Virus record (IMG/VR): IMGVR_UViG_3300032309_000931
Coordinates: 29,876 to 93,875 of that record
DNA from: a virus
Reading direction: 5' to 3' (one strand)
DNA: 64,000 nucleotides
A program made the position numbers and the translations under genes. Positions 38,137 through 45,629 of this stretch are shown one piece after another (position 1 is the stretch's first letter; the number at the start of each line of letters is the position of its first letter). Under the pieces are notes generated by a model. The model saw only the letters and a program-made list of their open reading frames with translations. It had not been told where the DNA came from and ran no database searches.

Positions 38137-38316
38137 CCCCTTTGGGGGATCGACTGGGGATAAGTTATGCACAGGAGCTGCGCCCCAAAAATTCTAACAT
38201 AGATAACTAATCATAAAAAAACAATTACGAACCTCGTAAAAAATCTCCCGAATTCCTCTTGTTATATGTCGGTGGTACGCAGTATAATTGAGGTATCCCC
38301 TAATGGAAGGTATGAA

Positions 38317-38529
38317 ATGAAGAAGTTTGATATTCGTGCTACCTATGAGTATGTAGCAGAAGGTATCATTGCTGAAGATGAAGATGCGGCTTATAACATC
38401 TTCCTTGCAAATCTCAACGACTACTACTCTGGCACAGAAGACCTAGAGATTGAAGAAGACGGAGATGTTTGCGAAGACTGTGAGCAAGACATTGACGAGT
38501 GTGATTGTGAGGAAGAAGATGCTGACTGA
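38317..38529 (+). CDS. 70-aa acidic protein with C-terminal Cys cluster
   Basis: promoter + GGAAGG RBS; CEDC..CDC. Confidence 0.7.
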   Translation: MKKFDIRATYEYVAEGIIAEDEDAAYNIFLANLNDYYSGTEDLEIEEDGDVCEDCEQDIDECDCEEEDAD

Positions 38530-38585
38530 ACACTGTGTACCCAATGACAATGACCTGTGTATGTTCTGTGGAGAGGATATGAGTA

Positions 38586-38828
38586 ATGTCTACTACTGAT
38601 GATTGGAAGCCTGATATGTTTATTACATACCGCTTCGTTTCCGACTTTGCTATTGTGACGTTCAACGTTCCAGGTATGGCTGAGTGGGACGACGAGCAAT
38701 GGGATTCTGTAGCACACACAGACCTTGCCTCATATGTGACTGAGCCTGAAGCATACTGGGAAGACGAGCAATGGCAAGTTGAAGACGGTAGGGAGCAGTA
38801 CGAGACATATGGAAGGGTATCCCTATGA
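38586..38828 (+). CDS. hypothetical protein
   Basis: GAGGA RBS. Confidence 0.65.
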   Translation: MSTTDDWKPDMFITYRFVSDFAIVTFNVPGMAEWDDEQWDSVAHTDLASYVTEPEAYWEDEQWQVEDGREQYETYGRVSL

Positions 38829-38995
38829 GTGATAACCTAGAGACTTATTATGAAGTCAACGAACGTGAAGTAGCCAAACAAGAGATTACGAGCAAGATTG
38901 ACGAATTGCTGGAATCGAGTTCTATGTCGTACCTCGATGCTAAAATAGGACTAAACCTAATAAAGACATTCATCAAATTTATGGACGAGGAGTAA
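38825..38995 (+). CDS. 56-aa hypothetical protein
   Basis: ATGA overlap; contains internal motif promoter at 38925. Confidence 0.6.
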   Translation: MSDNLETYYEVNEREVAKQEITSKIDELLESSSMSYLDAKIGLNLIKTFIKFMDEE

Positions 38996-38996
38996 G

Positions 38997-39158
38997 ATGA
39001 AGACCTATCAAGTAGAATACAATGCTACCTATTGGGTAGAAGCAGATAGCGAAGAGCAAGCAATCGAACTGGCTATCATTCAGCACGAAGATATGCCTGA
39101 CGGTGATTGGGAAGCAATGATTGACCCCTATGACAGCAATAACTTTGGAGATAAGTAA
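38997..39158 (+). CDS. 53-aa hypothetical protein
   Basis: GAGGAG RBS; MKTYQVE..VEADSEEQA. Confidence 0.65.
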   Translation: MKTYQVEYNATYWVEADSEEQAIELAIIQHEDMPDGDWEAMIDPYDSNNFGDK

Positions 39159-39394
39159 TGATTACTTGGGACGAATGGGAAGATACCTATAAGCCTACTA
39201 CCCCTTTGGCTATCGAAGACCTATCAGAGATTGACAAGGACTTAGACTATCACTACATCTGGACTATGGTGGACGGTGACGGACGGTATGCTGACCTGTA
39301 CTCTGGTATTTATATCGTCAACCGTCTTGGTTACTTTGTTACTGAAGTACCGTGGACAGAAGAAGTATTCGTGACTGACCAAAAGGATATCTAA
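39158..39394 (+). CDS. hypothetical protein
   Basis: IWT.VDGD..G...VNRLGYFVTEVPW. Confidence 0.7.
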   Translation: MITWDEWEDTYKPTTPLAIEDLSEIDKDLDYHYIWTMVDGDGRYADLYSGIYIVNRLGYFVTEVPWTEEVFVTDQKDI

Positions 39395-39716
39395 TGAAGT
39401 GTGAACTAGAAAGTTGCAGCAAAGTCGGAAGGTATGAAGATGTAGAAGAGTTCTACATTCTTTGTGAAGAACACTATGAGCAAGTAGTGAAAGGAACCAT
39501 ATATGGATAATCAGATCGTTTCTTATATCAATGACCAGCTACCAGAAATTCTTGAGAGCCGTGACTATGCACTTGCTAATGATGATTTCGAATCTGAATA
39601 TTTGGATGGTATTGTAATGGCATATCAACATATCATTGATAAGTTCTCTTACGAACGCCCTTGACAAAATCCCGAAATCTTGGTACAATAGTATAACCCC
39701 TAACAAAAGGAAAACA

Positions 39717-40235
39717 ATGCACGTTCTACAATACATCGCAATAAAAGCAGATAGCCCTGAAGAAGCAATTGATAGTGTTCGTTCAACTCTAGAATCAATG
39801 CTAGGCAATGACGGTTCCACTAGTTCCTGGTACGACTGGTTCATCACTGGCGGTGGACGATTCAATCCCAATGCTGAACCATACAAAGACGGAGAAACTA
39901 ATATGGTTGTTTCTTCTAAGGATAGTAAAGCATTCGAAAAGATTCTGGATGAATCAATTGAGGCACGTCTCTCGGAATTCCGTCGGTATGTCGAAGAGTG
40001 GAAGCGTAGCAATATCAATCTTGATTCTTACTTTGAAGAGTATGACGGTGCTATGGACTACTCTATGAAACTGTACTCTCTTGGCAAGATTATTGATATG
40101 GCTCAAGGTGAGTGGGACTTCAACTCTTACTTCTTTGACCTTCACAACTGGTCAACCAATCCTGTTCATATGACTAAAGACCGTATCAACAATGACGGTG
40201 TTTGGTTCCTCGTCCCTGTGGACTTCCACTTCTAA
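39717..40235 (+). CDS. 172-aa conserved phage protein
   Basis: start MHVLQYI; TTGACA-N17-TACAAT at 39661-39689; WYDWF..GGGRF, VPVDFHF. Confidence 0.75.
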   Translation: MHVLQYIAIKADSPEEAIDSVRSTLESMLGNDGSTSSWYDWFITGGGRFNPNAEPYKDGETNMVVSSKDSKAFEKILDESIEARLSEFRRYVEEWKRSNINLDSYFEEYDGAMDYSMKLYSLGKIIDMAQGEWDFNSYFFDLHNWSTNPVHMTKDRINNDGVWFLVPVDFHF

Positions 40236-40243
40236 GGAGAATA

Positions 40244-40387
40244 ATGAAAGAATATACTATTGAAGTTACCCACACTCCCACTGGTCAGTACTTCACCCTT
40301 ACCGCCTCATATGACGAGGACTATGACTACGAGTCAATCGTAGAAGATATCGCTAAAGACCTTAGCATTGATGTAGAGGAGAACTAA
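40244..40387 (+). CDS. 47-aa hypothetical protein
   Basis: AAGGAG RBS. Confidence 0.6.
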   Translation: MKEYTIEVTHTPTGQYFTLTASYDEDYDYESIVEDIAKDLSIDVEEN

Positions 40388-40749
40388 TGAGAGGCACACG
40401 TATACTGGACCTGAACATCTTCTACCGTGAAAGCTGGTCTAAGGAGACTGGTAGTACCTGGAGCGAAACGTTTACCATCGAACCATACATCCGTGAGGAA
40501 GACGACGAGGGTATTCGAAACATTGAGACTAACTATCTTATTGAATGTGATGAATACGAGACTGCATATCTTGCTAAGCAATTCCCTGAAGAGGAGTACG
40601 GCAGTGACTTCTGGATATTTGCAGACGAAGTTGACATTCCTACACGTCGTATTGCGAAGGTACTCAAAGAGATCGATTTAAGCCAAGATTATTTTCCACG
40701 GTCAGCAGTACACGCATTAACAATCACAGAGCCTGTCACAATGAAGTGA
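40387..40749 (+). CDS. hypothetical protein
   Basis: GAGGAG RBS, coupled. Confidence 0.65.
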   Translation: MRGTRILDLNIFYRESWSKETGSTWSETFTIEPYIREEDDEGIRNIETNYLIECDEYETAYLAKQFPEEEYGSDFWIFADEVDIPTRRIAKVLKEIDLSQDYFPRSAVHALTITEPVTMK

Positions 40750-40863
40750 CGGACACGTAGACGTTGAATGGGGGTTCCGTCTACAAATTGGTGGGGACGC
40801 AAGTTTTTATTTCCTTTCAGACTTGCGTTCCTGCCTCACTTTTGGTATAATTGACTGAGGAGT

Positions 40864-41067
40864 ATGATGAGAAAAGTAGTAACCAACGAGGAGAAAGTGG
40901 CAAAGCGATTATCAGATTCGATTTCAGACTTGCGTTTGGACTTGGAAATGATTTCACTTTACCTTTCACAGATTTCACCAAATGTAACAATCAACCGTAT
41001 TCTGCTTATGGCAGAGTTTCTAAAAGAAGAAAAAGAGGGAACACAAAATGACTACGACTACCTTTGA
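40864..41067 (+). CDS. hypothetical protein
   Basis: TTGCGT..TGGTATAAT promoter, GAGGAG RBS. Confidence 0.65.
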   Translation: MMRKVVTNEEKVAKRLSDSISDLRLDLEMISLYLSQISPNVTINRILLMAEFLKEEKEGTQNDYDYL

Positions 41068-41323
41068 GAACAAGTGCGTTATCCTGTCTGACCTTTGGCT
41101 GAACTATCGCTATGACAAAGAGTTTGCCGACTTTATCGAATACAATGATATGGGCTTGCCACTTGCCTACACCTTGTCTGAGGGAATTGTCAATGGTACA
41201 GATATGTCTACCAAGTTTATTGACGAGACTTTTGACCTTTTGCTTAGTGGTCTAGAGATTGAGGACACAGGCTTTGAGAGTCTAGACGAGTTGTTGTCTA
41301 CTGGTGGTAGTCTACAAGAATAA
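41048..41323 (+). CDS. hypothetical protein
   Basis: GAGGGA RBS; F..YND.GLPLAY. Confidence 0.7.
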   Translation: MTTTTFENKCVILSDLWLNYRYDKEFADFIEYNDMGLPLAYTLSEGIVNGTDMSTKFIDETFDLLLSGLEIEDTGFESLDELLSTGGSLQE

Positions 41324-42100
41324 TTATCCACAGGGGGGTAGCTCTATCCACAGAGTTATCCCCAGGTGGGCGCACTTTGTTATAACATACTAACAAACAT
41401 ACCATTTACGAACAGGCATTAAGAACTCCCAAATATATTTCCCAAATTTTACAGACATTACGAGGGACTTCAAAAAATCGCTGAAAGTTTGGAGGGTATC
41501 AGATGATGTCCTATTCTCCCTATATATAATACATATACCTATAGACATTACGATCTTATGTTTGATACCCCCGAAATGTGGATATGTCTAATAGGATTGT
41601 TTGGTATAGATATTTGGGGGCAGCTAAGTATAAGCATTTCCCCCTATATAACTATAAACAAATACATTACGAACCCTTGATTATTTTTCCCAGATTTGTG
41701 GATATTTCTGATATAAAATAGGATGTTTTGACATATTTATACACAATATATAGGGATTTTTGGGCATAATTATACTATATATAGGGGTTGACAAATGGGA
41801 TATTTTGTGGTAGATAGGAGGTTTGGATGTGGGGACACTATATGTTGTGGTTGGGATTACGATCCGCTACGATATGTGGGCTCTATATCTCAAACAACTT
41901 TCCAAACATCCTCTTTCAGTCAGATAATATCCATATCAGTAAGATGATTGTGGATAACTCTGTGGATAAATGTGTCCAAATCAGCCGCAGGATACGTTCT
42001 AAGGAGCTATATCCTCTGATGTCAAACAGGTGTGTATGCTCAAAACCATCTAGTCATATAGGTGATTATAGATACTATAGGTTATAGGTTATATAGGGAA
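41324..42100. other. AT-rich non-coding ori/terminus-like region
   Basis: inward-facing DnaA boxes at both ends, five (A)TTACGA repeats, CCCTATATA/TATATAGGG inverted repeats, at + to - strand switch. Confidence 0.55.
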
Positions 42101-42108
42101 TGGGGCTA

Positions 42109-42657
42109 TCACTTGATACCGCCAAAAATTGTAGCCTTGATGTCATACCATTCATCACCCAGGATAGAGAAGTATGTTGTGTCTCTCCAGGTCCCATTGG
42201 ATCTTAATTTGTTATGACGCTTTGTTCCTTCATAGGTAGCACCTAGACGGAGTATTGCCTTCTGAGATCTTTCATTGAGAGCATCAGTCTTGAACATTAC
42301 TCTCTCGCATTCTAGCTTTTCAAATGCATACTTCAGCATTAGGTATTTACTGTGTGTGTTTATATAGGTTCTCCATACTGACTCTGAATACAACGTACCC
42401 CCAATTTCTGCTGAGTGGTCTTCCTTAGAATAGTCAACGAATGATGTTGTGCCAACGATAGCGTTGGCGTTCTTATCTATTACCGCAAACGATTTGTGTT
42501 TTCTAAGTTGTTTGACAATTCGTTTGTAGTCGCCTAAGCCTTGTGGTGTCTCCCACAACAGATTCTCAAATACATTATCGTTGCAGCCTATGCTAACATA
42601 AAGATCAAAAGCGTGTTCCATCTTCAACGGAACTAGTTTGACTAGGGAGGTTTCCAT
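42109..42657 (-). CDS. GNAT N-acetyltransferase (RimJ/RimL family)
   Basis: AEIGGT..W.T.IN..KYLML.YAFE.L..RV.FKTD..N.RSQ.AI.RLGA..EG..R. Confidence 0.85.
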   Translation of the reverse strand: METSLVKLVPLKMEHAFDLYVSIGCNDNVFENLLWETPQGLGDYKRIVKQLRKHKSFAVIDKNANAIVGTTSFVDYSKEDHSAEIGGTLYSESVWRTYINTHSKYLMLKYAFEKLECERVMFKTDALNERSQKAILRLGATYEGTKRHNKLRSNGTWRDTTYFSILGDEWYDIKATIFGGIK

Positions 42658-42723
42658 AGTATTATTATATAGCAAATGAGGGGCAGCTTATGCTACCCCC
42701 CACTGTTTGCGTCTACCTCCGAA

Positions 42724-42978
42724 TTAGAATGGAGACTCGTCCCAAGGATCTTCGAAAACCTCGTTGTCGGGCTTGTCATTAGCCTGTGCTAGAGCAGTGC
42801 GAAGAATAGTAATTACGTTTTCTACTTCCTCTGCATTAAGGTTTACCTCTCCAGCGTGTCCCCTACTACCATCAACTACTAGCTTAACGGTAGGTTCATT
42901 GTTTCCCCATTGCTTCCATCCAAAAGCATAGACAGCTGGGTATGTGCGTTCAATTTCATTTTTATCTGGGTTGTACAT
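42724..42978 (-). CDS. hypothetical protein
   Basis: AGAAAGG RBS. Confidence 0.6.
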   Translation of the reverse strand: MYNPDKNEIERTYPAVYAFGWKQWGNNEPTVKLVVDGSRGHAGEVNLNAEEVENVITILRTALAQANDKPDNEVFEDPWDESPF

Positions 42979-43072
42979 TATGTACCTTTCTGTTTGTATG
43001 TATCTATTATATCAATTTGTTGCTTGCTTGTCAAGCTTGGGTCCTCTATACCGCCGAACTTTTCCGCCGAGC

Positions 43073-43270
43073 TTATTCTCCACGTATAAGTGCAACAACA
43101 TCAGAGATGTCTGAGAATTCGTAATGCCATTCATCTTTAGATTCTAGTAGTGCGGTAATCCGTTCACGCTCTTGACTACGAATATATTCTGTAAAGGCAT
43201 TGATCTGCTCCACGTCTTCGTGTGAGAATGCATTGTTAAGCACAAGCATATTGTGTTCAAACTTAATCAT
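43073..43270 (-). CDS. hypothetical protein (ERERI..LL type)
   Basis: GAGGGAG RBS. Confidence 0.55.
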   Translation of the reverse strand: MIKFEHNMLVLNNAFSHEDVEQINAFTEYIRSQERERITALLESKDEWHYEFSDISDVVALIRGE

Positions 43271-43496
43271 CGTTTTCTCCCTCAATAAGTTTAATATAGT
43301 CTTTAGTTATAAAGATAAAGTTGTTGAGTTGTTCTTCAAAAAATCCATTGTCGTTATCAAGTTCTACTTGCAATGTTTTTATCTGACGCTCAAGCAATTC
43401 AATTATGCGTTTACGTTCATCTAAACGGACGCTTGCCTCAAACTGTTCAGCCTTACGTTTCTGCTGTTCAGCATAGTGGTCGTATGGTTTATTCAT
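43263..43496 (-). CDS. hypothetical protein (ERKRII.LL type)
   Basis: TAATG coupled. Confidence 0.55.
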   Translation of the reverse strand: MNKPYDHYAEQQKRKAEQFEASVRLDERKRIIELLERQIKTLQVELDNDNGFFEEQLNNFIFITKDYIKLIEGENDD

Positions 43497-43975
43497 TATG
43501 CCGCCTCGTGTGTAACCCAGTAGTACTGACAAGTATCACAGCAGGGCTTGTTGTCTGCATCACTTACTGCATCGATAAAGTCATAGTAGTACAGGGGATC
43601 TTTCTTATATAGATTAGCTTTGTGTGTAGTAACGATACGAGACATCTTGTCCTCGTCCCCCCACCACTCTGGAGCACCCATACCCCAGTCAGGGAATCGA
43701 TCTGCGTGAAGGTTCCAAAGGTTCTCCTCGTTCTTGTCAGTCTTGATGCCACGAGTCTTGGCTTCATCAACCATTGTCATTACGTACCCAAACAATGAGA
43801 ACTCGTGACCACGCCACATCTTTACAGCAGGATGATTACGCCATCCAGCACGAGGGTCAGGGTTGCCAAGAACCTTAAGGATCTGGTAGCCTTCAAGGAT
43901 TTGCTTGTTGAGTCGTCGATTGTCTAAGACTTCTGCTGACTTGTTAAAGTCTGCATAAGGCAAAAAGGTTTGCAT
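43496..43975 (-). CDS. MSMEG_6728 family / pyrimidine-dimer DNA glycosylase-like protein
   Basis: MQTFLPY.DF..SA.VLD.RRL.KQ..E..QIL, W.NHPA.KMW.G, H..NL..KDP.YY. Confidence 0.8.
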   Translation of the reverse strand: MQTFLPYADFNKSAEVLDNRRLNKQILEGYQILKVLGNPDPRAGWRNHPAVKMWRGHEFSLFGYVMTMVDEAKTRGIKTDKNEENLWNLHADRFPDWGMGAPEWWGDEDKMSRIVTTHKANLYKKDPLYYYDFIDAVSDADNKPCCDTCQYYWVTHEAA

Positions 43976-44015
43976 TGTCTCTCCTATGTGTTATGTATCT
44001 ATTATACAGGTCAGG

Positions 44016-44195
44016 CTATTCTATGTCAAGTGATAGTTCCATAAAGAATACCTGCATAACATCGTCACTTATTCTACCCTGCTGATGTAATGTAGAAACA
44101 AGCTTAAGCATTTTAATCTGTTCTAACAGTCTTCCTTCTTCGATAGAAGACTTTACAATATTGTTGTATACTTCTTCAAGCTTATTGTTAGTCAT
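44016..44195 (-). CDS. hypothetical protein
   Basis: GAGGA RBS before MTNNKL. Confidence 0.5.
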   Translation of the reverse strand: MTNNKLEEVYNNIVKSSIEEGRLLEQIKMLKLVSTLHQQGRISDDVMQVFFMELSLDIE

Positions 44196-44319
44196 AGCAT
44201 TCCTCGTGTGCTTCCCAGAAGTCTTGTATCTGTTGTGGATGCAGTAGATTAGTGACAGACTTGCCACAGATACACAATAGGTGATTGTCTGCCTGTACCT
44301 TAAACTTTACCAACTAATG

Positions 44320-44571
44320 TTATCTCTCATTGTTAGCACCACGGTTCATTCCTGAAATGTACCCTGCCTGAAACGCAAGAATCTCTGCTTTATTTGGCAT
44401 ACGATCAATTTCCATAATCCAGTCTGCCATATCCTGCTTAGCTTTACGCATTACAGTTTCTAGAACTTTCTTGTTATCTCTACGTACCTTACGATCCATA
44501 TACCTGTCTCCAATATCTAAGGTTATAAGTGTAGCCACCCATACAAAGCATCCAGCCATTAGTAATGCCAA
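44320..44571 (-). CDS. membrane-anchored hypothetical protein
   Basis: N-terminal hydrophobic segment. Confidence 0.5.
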   Translation of the reverse strand: MALLMAGCFVWVATLITLDIGDRYMDRKVRRDNKKVLETVMRKAKQDMADWIMEIDRMPNKAEILAFQAGYISGMNRGANNER

Positions 44572-44716
44572 CTGGGTCTACCTCTACTACCTCTTTTGTT
44601 TCATAGTGCTTAAGCTTTATCATTTAGGCTACCCTCTTTCTTTACAATAATGATTCTCTTTGTTTCTCCATAGCTGGTTCCTGCTGGTGAACCAAAATGT
44701 ACAATTGTTTTAGCCA

Positions 44717-44923
44717 TTAGATGTTCTCAATTTCTACGATAAGGTTTTCAAGGAAATCAATCAGGTCACGGTTATCGTTTGCATAAGCTTCTGTGATCTT
44801 ACGCTCAAGTAGTTCGATAACCTTTTCGCTCTGTCTCATTTCTCCCTCGTGAATAACTGCGTTTACAATTTCTTTTTCGGCTTTGTTCATATCTTTAATG
44901 TCTAGGTTTACATAGTTAGCCAT
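44717..44923 (-). CDS. hypothetical protein
   Basis: AAAGGGAG RBS, coupled. Confidence 0.55.
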   Translation of the reverse strand: MANYVNLDIKDMNKAEKEIVNAVIHEGEMRQSEKVIELLERKITEAYANDNRDLIDFLENLIVEIENI

Positions 44924-45165
44924 TAAAACTCTCCCTTTCTAATAGACCCAATGATTGCAGTACAGGCAGCAACAGCACCACTGAGGTAGGCTCCAGTATC
45001 TGGATGTCCTTGCTTGTAAGCAGCCTCAGCTTCAAGAATGCCGTTCTCCATTCGAGACTCTACGAGATCAACAAGCATAGTCTTCATTCTCTGAGCACCA
45101 CGCTTCATCATTAGTTCATCTCTACGTTTAAGATTGCTAGGTGTGGGTATAAATATTTTTCTCAT
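44923..45165 (-). CDS. hypothetical protein
   Basis: ORF track; promoter-like upstream. Confidence 0.55.
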   Translation of the reverse strand: MRKIFIPTPSNLKRRDELMMKRGAQRMKTMLVDLVESRMENGILEAEAAYKQGHPDTGAYLSGAVAACTAIIGSIRKGEF

Positions 45166-45322
45166 ACCCCTATTATCTCACTCCTCGTTGAGTTTGTCAA
45201 GTACCAAAGCAATAAGGTTATCGCCTGTAATGTAGTGCTTTTCGCCATCTACATCAATGCGGTAAGTGCGGTCTTCGTATATTGGATATTCAAATTGTGT
45301 CATACTTTATTATACCAGACAG

Positions 45323-45586
45323 CTAGGCTGCATTGATTAAAGCCTGTTCACGATAATAGGTTCTTAGTTTATGACAGTTAGAACAAACAACGTCACACTT
45401 CTTAACCTCTGCCCAAGCTTTCTCAGAGCCATACTTTTTTAGCACACGATAGACATTGCCAAACTTACGCTCACCTGGTCTGTGATCAAACTCTAGCACA
45501 AAGTGAGGGTAGTCCAATCCGCAGTCAGAACATCCTTGGTCCTCTTTATATTTTTGGAGGGCTGGAAGTTGCTCTGTAATTGACAT
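45323..45586 (-). CDS. HNH endonuclease-like protein
   Basis: CSDC..LEFDH..KCDVVCSNCH..RT. Confidence 0.8.
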   Translation of the reverse strand: MSITEQLPALQKYKEDQGCSDCGLDYPHFVLEFDHRPGERKFGNVYRVLKKYGSEKAWAEVKKCDVVCSNCHKLRTYYREQALINAA

Positions 45587-45629
45587 TAATACCATTATAC
45601 CTACTGTTATAATAGAAGTAAGAGATTGG

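Larger units (their letters stand above)
28209..38946 (+). promoter_or_regulatory. 22 copies of TGTCGGTG-type promoter (TGTCnn-N10-TAtAcT)
   Basis: TGTC at 28230(-), 28373, 28771, 28945, 29473, 29645, 29979, 30212, 30656, 31059, 31751, 32116, 32345, 33079, 33430, 34189, 34641, 35669, 36067, 37029, 38267, 38925; invariant 10-nt spacer to -10 hexamer. Confidence 0.85.
28283..41411 (+). repeat. 13 module-boundary elements GCGC(CCC)-N~20-40-TTACG(A)-...-TTCCC
   Basis: GCGC at 28283, 28659, 29397, 29912, 30590, 30991, 31683, 33011, 34123, 35603, 36952, 38180, 41370. Confidence 0.85.
28636..41969. promoter_or_regulatory. DnaA boxes (TTATCCACA)
   Basis: perfect at 28646, 29362, 29383, 29405, 29835, 29866, 29899, 30975, 41324 (+), 41949, 41961 (-); TTATGCACA at 28636(-), 38165; 1-mismatch at 38155(-), 41344, 41356, 41577(-), 41697(-). 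Confidence 0.8.

Noticed and set aside
28283-38290. CRISPR array
   Set aside because: Repeats are degenerate and promoter-like, the intervening segments are hundreds of bp long and contain ORFs, and no cas genes are present
28283-41373. Classical integron with attC sites
   Set aside because: No consistent RYYYAAC...GTTRRRY palindromes, no integrase in the window, and the cassettes carry their own promoters
41827-42087. 86-aa ORF in the ori-like region
   Set aside because: Overlaps DnaA boxes and repeats and has atypical composition; treated as likely spurious, although an AGGAGG lies just upstream
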